Shown here: in pieces, positions 29,336 to 42,585 of the stretch | Numbering within the stretch: the stretch's first letter is position 1 | Layout of the letters: each line of letters begins with the position of its first letter | Assembly (NCBI RefSeq): GCF_009914755.1 | Contig: NC_060939.1 | DNA: 64,000 bases | Direction: 5' to 3' (one strand) | Origin: the human T2T-CHM13v2.0 reference genome, Homo sapiens | Notes under the pieces: model-generated | The model's database searches: none | What the model was told of the DNA's origin: nothing | The model's input: the letters and a program-made list of their open reading frames with translations, nothing else | Position numbers and translations under genes: made by a program

Positions 29336-30289
29336 AGTCTTATCTCTCTCTCCTACTCAAGGCCATCCACTAGCTCTTCATCTGAAGACACAGAAGCCAG
29401 TTGTTACCAAGGCCTTCAGGGCCCTGCCTAATCTTTACACATCTACCCCATTACCTCCCTGGCCTCACATCACCACCAGAGGCCAAGTTACCATGAAGCT
29501 AAACAAGCTTCAGCTCACCTCACTTGCACAGTTCATCCCAAGGAGTAGCACTAGAAATGTGTTTGCATAGTCCTTTTTTTTCAGTTTATAAAAGTCAAAT
29601 ATTTTAGCCACAGGGGGCTGAGACCATCATCTCCTCCACTTTAACGTTCCTTCCATCACACTTTGCCTAATATCAGATGGTGCTGCTCGGAACCAGATAA
29701 GGGGCAATCAGGTGCAACTACATGAGTTTGTGTTTCCTGGAGTCTATTTATGTGATTCACAGATACTTCTACATAGAGTTCAGTTATTGGTGGTCAGGAA
29801 TGCAGATCCACGCAGTGCCGTAACATAAGAATCTAGGGCCCAAGATCACATGGCAACATGATCACATCCTACGGCACCTGGCACTAGAAGTGTATGGATT
29901 GTGGAAGAGACTGGAGGTTTGAAATATAGAGCTACAAGTAAGCCTGTGCAGAATTCTCCCAATCATCAAACGTGTAAAATTATATGTGTAAGATTTAGTA
30001 TTCAACAACTCCTAGTCAAAACAATATATCTCCCATCAGGAGTACAAGGAGTATCAAGTAAATGTATATGTATATGCATATGTATGTATCTATATGTAAA
30101 ACATTTTATTACGTATTTCATTTTATTATATATAATATATATGATATAGATTATTTTATTATATATAATAAACGTATCATATATATTTATATATTTATAT
30201 ATGATATATATCATATATATTTATATATGATATATATCATATATATTTATATATGATATATCAAATATATCATATATATTTATTATATA

Positions 30290-31670
30290 TAATATATATA
30301 GATCTATATTTATTATATATAATATAATATATAGATCTATATATATTATATATAATAAATATAGAACTATACTTATTATATATAATAAAATAAATATAGA
30401 TCTATATTATATATAATAAAATAGATCTATATTTATTATATATAATAAAATAATATAGAGATCTATATTTATTATATATAATAAAATAATATAGAGATCT
30501 ATATTTATTATATATAATAAAATAATATAGAGATCTATATTTATTATATATAATAAAATAATATAGAGATCTATATTTATTATATATAATAAAATAATAT
30601 AGAGATCTATATTTATTATATATAATTAATATAGAGATCTATATTTATTATATATAATAAAATAATATAGAGATCTATATTTATTATATATAATAAAATA
30701 ATATAGAGATCTATATTTATTATATATAATAAAATAATAGAGATCTATATTATTATATATAATAAAATAATATAGAGATCTATATTTAATTATATATAAT
30801 AAATATAGAGATCTATATTTATTATATATAATAAAATAATATAGAGATCTATATTTATTATATATAATAAAATAATATAGAGATCTATATTTATTATATA
30901 TAATAAAATAATAGAGATCTATATTTATTATATATAATAAAATAATAGAGATCTATATTTATTATATATAATAAAATAATAGAGATCTATATTATTATAT
31001 ATAATAAAATAATATAGAGATCTATATTTATTATATATAAAATAATAGAGATCTATATTATTATATATAATAAAATAATATAGAGATCTATATTTATTAT
31101 ATATAATAAAATAATAGAGATCTATATTATTATATATAATAAAATAATATAGAGATCTATATTTATTATATATAATAAAATAATAGAGATCTATATTATA
31201 TATAATAAAATAATATAGAGATCTATATTTATTATATATAATAAAATAATATAGAGATCTATATTTATTATATATAATAAAATAATATAGAGATCTATAT
31301 TATTACATATAATAAAATAATATAGAGATCTATATTTATTATATATAATAAAATAATATAGAGATCTATATTATATATAATAAATATAGATTATATTTAT
31401 TATATATAATATATAGATCTATATTTATTATATATAATATATAGATCTCTATTATATATAATAAATAGATCTCTGTATATTATATATAATAAAATAATAT
31501 ATAGATCTATATTTATTATATATAATAGAATAATATATAGATCTATATGTATTATATATAATAGAATAATATATAGATCTATATCTATTATATATAATAG
31601 ATATAGATCTATATTTATATATAATAGATATAGATCTATATATATTATATATAATAAAATAATATATAGA
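30290..31670. repeat. AT-rich minisatellite, ~36-bp unit AGAGATCTATATTTATTATATATAATAAAATAATAT
   Basis: About 39 AGATCT-containing units by hand count, within AT-rich sequence ~30060-31740. Confidence 0.95.
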
Positions 31671-32396
31671 TATATATTATACATATCATATATTTATTAT
31701 ATATTACATATCATATATATTTGATACATAATATATATACACTCCTCATATTCTTGAGAGGTGATAAATTCTGTTTTGACTAGGAGTTGATGAATACATG
31801 TATGACATGATATGCTTATTATACTTAGTAAGTATAATAAACATATTTTTCTTTTTTCATGGGGATTTCACAGAATAAAATGCATTAGAATTCCTGTGCT
31901 TTTGAGCATAAACCTACTTATAGCAGCACTACTTATGGCAAGTATATCTGTAACAGTTCATATATGAAAGAAACTTGGTGGAAGTTTTTCCAAGGTTGAC
32001 CATTCTAAATGTTTATGTGACATTGTGAAGTCACAAAGGTGAAAATTTTTTCTAAGCTACCATAATTCTTAAGTTAATGTTAATTAACTATACCAAAGGA
32101 AAAACTGAATTATCTAAGTCTCTCTTTAGAAAATTTTGTAACAAAATAATTGTTATATGAGAGGCAATCAAAAATAAAAGGCCAAAAATAAATAAATAAA
32201 ACATTTTATAAAGGCACATTCAGCAAAATGAAGACACTGTGTTGTTTTTCTGAATTTTGGGATGCTTGGGGTATTTTTCAAATTTTCAAAATTATAATTT
32301 ATAGAGATTTTCTCACTCTAAATTAATATTTTTATTATACCTGATTTTGTATTTTGTATTTATATTAGCTTAAGACCTCAAAAAACCTAGATCCAG

Positions 32397-32662
32397 GTTG
32401 GGCACGGTGGCTCACACCTGTAATCCCAGCACTTTAGGAGGCCAAGGCGGGTGGATCACCTGAGCAGAAGCTCGAGACCAGCCTGACCAACATGGTGAAA
32501 CCACATCTCTACTAAAAATACAATTAGCTGGGCGTGGTGGCAGGCGTCTGTAGTCCCAGCTACTTGGGAAGAATTGCTTGAACCCGGGAGGCGTCTCTGC
32601 ACTCCAGCTTGGGTGACAGAGCGAGACTCCCTCTAAAAAAAAAAACAAAAAACAAACAAACA
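32397..32662 (+). mobile_element. AluS with two internal deletions in the right arm
   Basis: TSD approximately AAAAAACC(C)T(A/C)GATCCAG. Confidence 0.88.
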
Positions 32663-32689
32663 AAAAAACCCTCGATCCAGCCCTGACAA

Positions 32690-33182
32690 CCACTGTCCCC
32701 CATCTTCATTCAACTCCAGCCTCAGTGGCCTCTTGTTCCTTGACCACACCAGGTCCATTCTCATCTCATGGCCTTTGCACTTACTGTTCCCTCGCCTGGC
32801 ATGCTTATTGCTCAAGTATTTACATGGCTGCCGCCTCACTTCTTTCAAATCTGCAATCAAATATGTCTTCTTAATTCAGCCTTCCATGGTTATCCTTTTT
32901 GAAACTGCAGCACACTCCCACCCAATGTAGAAGATTATTTATTCATTTATTTTGTTGATTGTCTTTCTGCCCCGCCCCCGACCAGAATGTGAGCTCCATG
33001 CAGGTTGAGGGCTTTTTACTTCTTTAAACCTGTTTTGTTCACAGCTGTACCTGCAACCTTTGGAACAGTGTCTAGCACATAATCAACGTTCAGTATATAT
33101 TTCTGAAATGGACAGAATGATGGATAGATGGATGGATGGCTAGATAGATGAATGGATAGATAAATCAATAAGTGAATGAATG
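32690..33182 (+). mobile_element. L2 3' end with (TGGA/TGAA)n tail
   Basis: agaatgtgagctccatg...gaacagtgtctagcacataat. Confidence 0.75.
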
Positions 33183-34672
33183 GTTTCTCAAAGATCAGAT
33201 GGTTGTAGATGTGCAGTCTTATTTCTGAGTTCTCTATTCTGTTCCATTGGTCTATGTGTCTGTTTTTGTACCAGTACCATGCTGTTTTGGTTACCTGACA
33301 AAAACAAGCAATGGGGAAAGGATTTCCTATTTAATAAAGGGTGCTAGGAGAACTGGCTAGCCATATGCAGAAGATTGAAACTGGACCCCTTCCTTATGCC
33401 TTATATGAAAATTAACTCAAGATGGATTAAAGACTCAAATGTAAAACCCAAAACTATAAAAACCCTAAAAGAAAATCTAGGCAGTACCATTCAAGACATA
33501 GGCATGGGCAAAGATTTCATGACAAAAATATCAAAAGCAATTGCAACAAAAGTAAAAGTTGTCAAATGGGATCTAATTAAACTAAAGAGCTTCTGCACAG
33601 CAAAATAAACTATCATCAGAGTGAACAGACAGCCTACAGAATGGGAAAAAATTTTTGCAATCTATCCACCTGACAAAGATCTAACACCCAGAATCTATAA
33701 GGAACTTAAACAAATTTACAAGAAAAAAGCAAACAACCACATTGAAAAGTGGGCAAAGGACATGAACTTCTCAAAAGAAGACATTTATGTGGGCAACAAA
33801 CATGAAAAAAGGCTCAACATCACTGATTATTAGAGAAATGCAAACAAAAACCACAGTGAGATACTATCTCACACGAGTCAGAATGGCAATTATTAAAAAG
33901 TCAAGAAACCACAGATGCTAGTGAGGCTGTGGAGAAACAGGAACTTTTTTTTTTCTTTCTTTCTTTTTTTTGAGACAGAGTCTCACTCTGTCTCCCAGGC
34001 TGGAGTGCAATGGCGCGATCTTGAGAAACAGGAATGTTTTTACACTGTTGGTGGGAATATAAATTACTCCAACCATTGTGGAAGTCAGTATGGCGATTCC
34101 TCAAAGACCTACGGGCAGAAATACCATTTGCCCCAGCAATCCCATTACTAGGTATATACCCGAAGGAATATAAATCATTCTATTACAAAGATACATGCAC
34201 ACGTATGTTCATTGCAGCACTATTCACAATGACAAAGACATAGAATCAACCCAAATGCCCATCAATGATAGACTGGATAAAGAAAATGTGGTACATATAC
34301 ATCATGGAATACTATGCAGCCATAAAAAGGAATGAGATCATGTCCTGTGCAGGGACACGGATGGAGCTGGAAGCCATTATCCTCAGCACACTAAAACAGG
34401 AACAAAGAACCAAACATCGCATGTTCTCACTTATAAGTGGGAGCTGAACAGTGAGAACACATGGACACAGGGAGGGGAAGAACACACACTGGGGCCTGTG
34501 GGGTAGGGGAACAACGGGAGGGAGAGCATCGGGAAAAATAGTTAATGCATGCTGGGCTTAATTCCTAGGTGACAGGTTGATAGATGCAGCAAACCACCAC
34601 ATTTACCTATGTAACAAACCTGCACATCCTGCACATGTATCCCAGAACTTAAATAAAATAAAATAATAAAAA
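33183..34672 (+). mobile_element. 5'-inverted, truncated L1PA (PA8-13-like)
   Basis: 33183-33294 is antisense ORF2; 33295-34650 is sense ORF2 end plus 3' UTR; A-rich tail follows. Confidence 0.92.
33944..34022 (-). mobile_element. Severely 5'-truncated Alu inside the L1
   Basis: About 50 nt of the Alu 3' end plus tail; TSD GAGAAACAGGAA. Confidence 0.88.
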
Positions 34673-34940
34673 TCTAATTCCCTATGTGATGCAATTCAGA
34701 GGTGGGACCTTGGGAGGTGATTAGGTCATGAAGGCAGAGGCCTCACAAATGAAATTAGTGCCACCCCTGTCAAAGGGACCACAGAAAGCTCCCTCATACC
34801 TTCTGCCATGTGAGGACACAGTAAAAACATGGCTGTCTATGAACAAGGAAGCAAGCCCCACCAGATACTGAATCTGCTGACCACTTGATTGGATTTCACC
34901 ATCTCTAGAACTGTGAGGAATACATTTCTGTTTCGTTTTT
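34673..34940 (+). mobile_element. MLT1A-like LTR fragment lacking both termini
   Basis: gggaggtgattaggtcatgaagg...ccttctgccatgtgaggacacag...tctagaactgtgag. Confidence 0.8.
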
Positions 34941-35049
34941 AAAAAAGTGAATGAATGAATGACTAGTCAATATTTTTTATTTTTCATAAGACAATCAGCA
35001 CTACTACAGTGAAACAAGATCATACTAGCCAAAATTATTGAAATGTGAT

Positions 35050-35177
35050 TTTTTTTTTTTAGAGATGGGATTTCCCTGTGTTACCAGGGCTGGTCTCAAA
35101 CTCTTGGGCTCAAAAGATTCTCTAGCCTTGGCCTTCCAAAGTACGGGGATTACAGGTATGAGCCACCTCACTTGGCC
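35050..35177 (-). mobile_element. Alu monomer (FLAM-like)
   Basis: TSD TGAAATGTGAT. Confidence 0.85.
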
Positions 35178-36119
35178 TGAAATGTGATGTTTAAATTAGC
35201 TTTTTCACCATGTAAAAAGTAAATTTACAATTCACAGTAGGCTTTTAATTTCTGAGTTATTAAGAGTACTTTTATTTATAGAAAATATCATATTTGGTTA
35301 GCTCTCTTTTAGGTGCTTTTAAAAAAAAGAAAATAGCACATTTGAGATTACCTCACATGCTTTAAGATTTCATTCTGCCATCAAAAGAGAGTCCAGATTT
35401 CAAAATTAAGTCCAGAAATTTAAAAATTATAATTATTTTTATATTGGGAAGTTCTGTTTGGACAAATTGTGAGAGCAACATTAGATGAGAACTAGGTCCC
35501 CTGGGGTACTCTAACTCAAGTAGCATTGACTGACAATACTCAGCCTAATACAGTGACAGATAACATTCATTAACTGCTTACCCCATATGTCAGATTCTGG
35601 CTCAAATACTGGATCAAAGGGGTGTTCTGTAGTAATGGTTGTATGGAAGGGACTTAAAAGCATTTTACAATAAAGTATAATTCTATGGATGAAAATTTTT
35701 ACTTAAACTTTTTTTTATAAAACCACAATATGGCAATTAGATTGTATACTTGGAAATCATAAATAATGAAGAAACGTAGAGTTAGAAAAATGCATTTGGA
35801 AATATGTTCTAAGCCCAATGAATGTATCCAACATAGAATGTTATTTTAAGTATTTAATCATTTTATTTTTCACTGTAGTTTGAAGCATTTCCAAATAGAT
35901 TTACATTTGTTTATGTGTCCTGACTAAAGTTTAGCTCATTCCAGCAGAGAAGACTAATTAATATATTGATTGACCATTTTCTTATTCAACTTAACATTTT
36001 TTTCATTTCTTACTCATACATCTTCCTGATGTATTCAAATAATCACCTAATAACTATAAAATACTAATATTTAATGTATTCTTATAAACTTATAAAACAG
36101 ATTATTTAAAAATTAACTT

Positions 36120-38335
36120 GTGACTTCAGCTTCCTATATAATGCAGTAACTTGTGTCAGGACCAACCCACCTGCTAAGAATAACGATAAATGCTAGAGGA
36201 AATATACATAGCTACTTGAAGATCTCATGGAATGACAAAACAGCCAGAATTTAAATAGCCAAGATCCGGAAGAAAAGAGAAATGTATTAAAGTAAACCTG
36301 ATATTCTGTACCTTTCCCCTTGAAACACTTGCTAATTCCTAAGCTGCCCAGAAGTGAGAAAAGACAATAATTAGAGTTCAGAGCCTAGCAGGGAAGAGAG
36401 GTCTTGGTACACACTAAGTTTTCATTTGACTTCTAAAGGATTATATTTGATGAGACAAACCAATGAAAACATACTAAACCTTATAAAGACTGAAATTCAG
36501 CCTCAAAAGTATCTCGGTCCCTGATTGGATCAAGACAATCTGCTCCTTCTCTAACTGCTACCCAGATGTAAAGTAAATCCTCCTGAAGGAAGACATTATC
36601 CAGATCCTCTACAATTTTTCATTTACAATATCTAGCGTTCAATAACAAATTAGTGGTTATGGCAGAAGATAATATCAAATTATTGAAAACAAAAAGAAAT
36701 AAATACAAAATAAAAACAGATGATCCAGATATTAGAACTATTAGATTTGGACTTTAACTGATTAACATGTACATTAAAAAGATAACAAGATGGAAAATTT
36801 CACTAAAGAACGGAAATATATGTAAAAGAAACAAATGAAAACTCTAGAATTTGAAAATATAGTAAATTCAGAATTCAACATATGAACAGAAAATTAGAAA
36901 CAGCAACATAGGGTAATAGTAAGCTGGAAACTGGTCAGTAGAAAATATGAAAACTGCATATGGAAAGATGAAAAGTTTAAAATTTCAGAAAAGAGCATAA
37001 AAAGATAAGATATATGGTTAAAGGTTTATCATATGTGTAACTGGATCCCCATTGAGGAGAACAGAGAGAATAGGGGATAGAAACATGATCTGAGGATATT
37101 CTGACTGGGAATTTTCCAAAACTTTCAAAAGACATCAAACTACAAAATGAAGAATTTCTAAGAATCCCAAGCTGGATAAAAAAAGAAACTATATCTAGAC
37201 ACATAATAGTAATATTGCTCAAAGACAAAGTTTTTGAAGCAGCCACAGGAAAAAGATATGTCATCTTCAAAAAAGTAATAATAAGATTGTCACCTTACTT
37301 TTCAAAAAAGTCAGTGGAGGCCTGAATGCAATGGAAAGATATCTTTAAAGTGCCAGAAGAAAAGAGTATCAATATAGAATTCTCCACCCAGTGGAAATAT
37401 TCACATTCAAATGTAAATCCAAAATAAATACTTTTTCTAACTGACAAAAAGTGATAGAATTCATTACCAGCATTCCCACATTTAAAAAAAAAAGGAAGTC
37501 TTAAGAAAGAAGAAAAACTATTCTAGATAGAATGCAGAAAAATAAAAAATAACAGAATGATTATGGGTAAATCTGCACAAATAATTACTGTACTGACAAT
37601 AATACATGTTATTTATTACTGTTGCACTGCTGGTTTTAAAATGTACCAAGAATTAAATACATGGTAATGATAGCATAAAAATTTGATTAAAAGAGTTAAA
37701 ATATTCTAAATTCATGATATTGTTGATAAAGTAGTAAAAGTACTCATTCAACTATACAGAAATGTTGTAACCAGAGTAATCACAAAAAGAAGTTTAAAGG
37801 AATGATGACTACCAAGCTAACAGGTGGTTGGAACTAGAATAATAAAAATATTTGATTAATGCAAAAGAAGGCAATAAAAAGAAAATCAATGAATAACAAC
37901 AAATATTAAGATAATGCATTTATTTTACTACTGATACAAATATAGCAATAACTATATTAGATATAAGTAAGTAGACTAAATATTCTACTTAAAAGCCAAA
38001 GTTTATCAAACTGAATTTTTTAAAACTCTATATGCAGCATCTTAAATAAAAAAATATTAAAGAGTTTAAAGTAAAAAAATGTGAAAATATATAACATGCA
38101 ACATTAACCATAGGAAATCTGATATTATCATACTCATATCAGATAAATTAAACTTTAATACAATAAGCACTGCTAGAGATAGAGTCATCCCATAGTAACA
38201 AAAGATTGATCTTCCAGGACTATACAACAACTCTAAATTTGTATGCATCCAATAACGTAGCCTCAAAATATGTAAAGAAAAACCTGACAAACCAAAAGGA
38301 GAAATACACAAATTCAAAAATATCTTGATAAACTA
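36120..38335 (+). mobile_element. Ancient L1M (5' region, ORF1, start of ORF2)
   Basis: Decayed ORF1 and endonuclease motifs (aatttgtatgcatccaataac). Confidence 0.7.
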
Positions 38336-38344
38336 AAGTATGTC

Positions 38345-39064
38345 TGTGAGGGTGAATTTTGTGTGTCAACTTGACTGGGCTACAGGGTGCTCAGATATTT
38401 GGTCAAGCACAGTTCTGGTGTGTCTGTGAGGGTCTTTCTGCATGAGATCAACATTTTAATCAGTAGGCAGCGTAAAGCAGATCACCGTCCCTGATGTGTG
38501 TGGGATTCATCCAATCAGCTCAAGGCCTGAATAGAACAAAAAGGCTGAGTAGAAGGAACTCCTCTTGCCTTTGAGCTGGGACATCAGTTTTTTCTTGCCT
38601 TCAGACTCAAACTAAAACATTGGCTCTTCCTGGGTCTCAAGCCTGCTGGCATTTGGACTGAAATCATGCCACTGGGTCTCCTGGGTCTCCAGTTTGCCAA
38701 CTGCAAATCAGGACTTTTCAGCATCAATAATCATATGAGGCAAATCCATATAGCATTTATACATAATATAAATGAATATATATAAATGCATACATATATC
38801 CATATACGTATATATTTGGACACATACATACATGTATATATACACCTATATACAAATATAGGTGTATATACACATATATACAAATATACACATATATACG
38901 TATATACACATATACGTGTATATATATTTTTATATTATTATATATTGTATATTATATATCCATATATATTTGTATATATGTGTGTGTGTATATATATACT
39001 ACTATATATATATATACACACACACATATACATTCCGTTTTACTAGAGAATCCTGACTAATTCA
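38345..39064 (+). mobile_element. MLT2 (ERVL) LTR with an internal TA/CA-rich expansion (~38750-39030)
   Basis: ttttgtgtgtcaacttgactgggc...ctagagaatcctgactaattca. Confidence 0.85.
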
Positions 39065-39761
39065 ATGACTCTACATCAACTTAATAAATACAGAAACATA
39101 ACACCTGACTCAAGACCCTTTCATGGTTTTTCTGCCTTCACTGCGAGCTCAGTGAGCCATAAGTACAAATTCCCAAAAGCTGCTAATACAATCTTAATGG
39201 AAGCCAAATTCCAGATCAGCAGAATCTGGTACCACTCCATTCCAAGTTAAGTCAGACTACATCTTGAAAACTGGGTTCAACCGAACCCAGTTGTAAGCAA
39301 TATAGAAGCCACTGGAGAAGCCAAGAGCATCAAAACGTTTTGTGACCATGATGTATTCATTCAAACATCTACTCAGTAGATGTCCAGGTTCTAGAACAAA
39401 GTGACACACACCATACTACATGTTGCAGGGTCAAAAATGAGAAAGATAGCAGCCCTTCCCTGGTGAAGCTCATATTATAGGTAAGATACTGAGAGTCTAA
39501 AAACTATGAACCATGTCATATATTAGAGGAAATTTGCAGGTGTCCACCCAAAAAATCAGAGACTGAAAGAGAGAGAGAATATTAGCAAAAGAAAGAGAGC
39601 ATGTGGCAAAATGAGAGAGATCTTCAAATATTTGATTGTTTTTAAGGTAGATGGCAGAATAAATACTCTGTTATTCCAAAATTCAGAACAGAAAGTAAAC
39701 TTTACAAGGATCTGAAATTCTGTTAACATACGGTTGAATTTACTGTCAAAACAGATAATGA

Positions 39762-40062
39762 GGTTGAATGCAGTGGCTCACACCTGTAATTGTTAACACT
39801 TTAGGAGGCCCAGGGTGAAAGATTACTTCAGGCCAGGCCTTCAAGACAAACCTGAACAGTATAGTGAGACCCTATCTTTACAAAAAATTAAAAAACTAGC
39901 CAGGTGTGGTGGCACAGTTGTAGATGTGGCTACTTGGGAGGCTGAAGTGGGAGGATCATTTGAGCCCAAGAGTTTGAGGCTGTAGTGAGCTATGATCACC
40001 ACTGCACTCCAGCCTGGGTGACACAGTGAGACCCTGTTTCTAAAAAAAAAAAGAAAAGAAAG
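39762..40062 (+). mobile_element. AluJ
   Basis: Diverged dimer; gaggctgtagtgagctatgat. Confidence 0.85.
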
Positions 40063-42551
40063 AGAATTAGACATCTCCCAAATTAGATATCTGAGCTACT
40101 TGTCAGAGCAATATTCAAGGAAAATATTCATCAGCGCTATAGTAACAGATTTTCAAAGTAGAAATAAAGCTGGAAAAACTGACTTCGAAGATTCTTCTAA
40201 TTCCCAGGTTTTCTTATTCTGTGCAATCTAAAGCGATATTGATAAAACTATTAGATCGAAATCAGCAACAGTTGGAAATAACGTATAATGTTTAGGAAAG
40301 ATTTCACAATAAACACCATAGTTTTAAAAGTTATCTCCATAGAGATGAACAGAAACCAAAATAGAGGAGGAGTTCTCTGAGGAACAAAGTGAACAGACAG
40401 AAAAGTGCAGAAGACTGAGCCAGGGGGAAAGTCCACCACTGGGGTGCAATGAAGGAGACGGAGGCAGAGCAGCCTGAGAAGCAAGAAGAATCTGCATGAG
40501 GGTCATGAAATCCAAGAAAAAAAGAGTTTTTGTGGAGAGAATAGCCGCTCTCCCCTAATTCCACAGAGAGGTGAGGGAAGGGTGGTGGAGAGGAACACTC
40601 CCTGGGGCTTCTCTTTAGGAAGTCCTCTGTGACTGGTGGTTTGTGACAGCATCCTAACCTAGCCCATATCCTGAGTAATAAAACAGACTGCTCTATGTGA
40701 ATAAAGTTAAAGCAGCACACAAACTTAGGAAGGGTTTGAAAGGCAGAAGACATCTCTTACCTGTACTTCTATTTATATCTCTGCACTACGACTATGGGAG
40801 GAGATTTAAAAATATATAGTGTATCCTGTCCGAGAAAAAAAACTTCTATTCCAAAGTGACTTAAATACAGGGTAAATTCTAGACCGCACCTAGGACTAAG
40901 GACTGCAATGCTGCCTCCCTGTCACTCCCAATCATAAAAGCTGATGAACCTATGAATGGAAGGTTTATGCCCTGCAATATTTATAACAAGCAGCAAAGAT
41001 TCAGTCTCTACGATAATTTCAAGCATCTTTTTGCACAGAATTTTAGTATAGTGAAATGGAAGATATTAAGTCTTTCTCTCTCATCTCTAGTGGAACCAAA
41101 GATGATTTCCCATGCCTTTCCTCTCTGGACACCAAAAAGTTATTAAAACATAGAAGAGAACTCATGAGGAAACAGAACCCCAAAGTTATGAGAGGGCTTT
41201 TGTGAAGCCAGCACTGTCTTATGTATGTCACTCGCTGGCCAGCACCACGTGGTACTTCATTTCAACAGCCTCATTCAATCAAACTAAGAAAATAGATGAC
41301 TTTTTAAAACATGATCCAATTTAAAATAAATTATTATGGTAGATGAAATGCAAATTCAAACAAAAACTAATTCCTTCAAAAGATCAACTGAAAATCTACT
41401 TGAGAAAACAGCTTTTGGATTTATCATTCCATAAGAGATAAACCCAATAAGAAATAACACTCTTTAAACATATAAATTAATACAAATAAAAATACTTTTA
41501 TATGCCTTGATAAGGTACCTATAAGGATAGGTTCCATATCTTATTCATCTTTTTTATCACCCTCTATCAAAGGACAAGCACATTACCTGTTAAATAATAT
41601 ATGCTCAAAGCAATGTTTATGGTGTTATGTAATCTAATTATACAAAAAAAAAATACAGACTTTATTCCCCAACTGCAGAACAAAAACAATACTTTCCAAA
41701 ATGCTGTTGGCATTGAACCTCCATGACCCCTAGGTCCTATTACGGCCTGTTAGTTTGTTAAACAGATGTGATAATGAAACATTTATTGTAAGAGAAGTCG
41801 TTGTAAATGCCTGAGAAGCAGGTATATAAACTTCAACCAAAGCAACTGACCACTGTCATTTGCACCACACTGGCAGGCCTCTAGAGAGTCACCATAAGTA
41901 AACAACCCTTTTGAAAGAGTCCCAGAGGGTACAGAAGAGGCTTCCAGGATGTCCTCTTGGAAATCAGATCCCTATACAAGTCACCTCAGTAAATAGGAAA
42001 CCCACCTGTGTATATAATGCTCATGTCAGCCATAAAACTGGACAACACTATTTTTGTAAAACTTAGAAATTAGGAGTTTTCAGGAGAAAAACCTAGAAAT
42101 CAATGAACTGTATCATATATCTATGAATTCAGTACTAACATTTACATACTGCTTTTATAATTTATGAGTTACTTCACATATATTTCATTTTACGTTCATG
42201 CTCACAGTAACCTTCAGAGGTAAACATTAGTCCCATTTTACAAATGCGAAAATTGAGGCTCAGAGGATTTGAATACAAATGCCTGGTAAGTAGAACCAGG
42301 TTCATTCCTATCACTTCTGACTCATGTTGTTTCTGTCATGCAACAATTGTGTTCACAAAGGACAATTACAGAATATTAACAGAGCCTTGCAAACCATCAC
42401 TCTGGGCAAACCCAGTAAATTCTTATGCTATTGATCTGTTATGTCACAGCCATCTAAATTGAAATAGTATGTGTAAGCTGCCAAGAAAAAATTAAAGATT
42501 TTGGTTGTGTCATGAAAATACATGAGTACCATACAGTTCTGTATTGTCAGG

Positions 42552-42555
<4 letters not shown>

Positions 42556-42585
<30 letters not shown>

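Larger units (their letters stand above)
29813..32685 (+). mobile_element. hAT-Tip100 DNA transposon fossil (MER115/Zaphod-like), interrupted by the VNTR and an Alu
   Basis: CAG...CTG termini. Decayed hAT dimerisation-domain coding: EVFPRLTILNVYVTL* at 31981 and KEKLNYLSLSLEN near 32097. Confidence 0.65.

Noticed and set aside
30290-31670. Regular ~36-bp repeats resembling a CRISPR array
   Set aside because: There are no unique spacers and no cas genes, and the context is a eukaryotic intron. It is a tandem minisatellite.
30002-31684. Ile/Tyr-rich ORFs (also 38786-39056 and 17083-17529)
   Set aside because: Translations of TA/CA low-complexity DNA.
29998-31797. The inverted arms as TIRs of a new transposon
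   Set aside because: No target-site duplication flanks them, and they lie inside a larger hAT fossil. A local inverted duplication is the simpler explanation.
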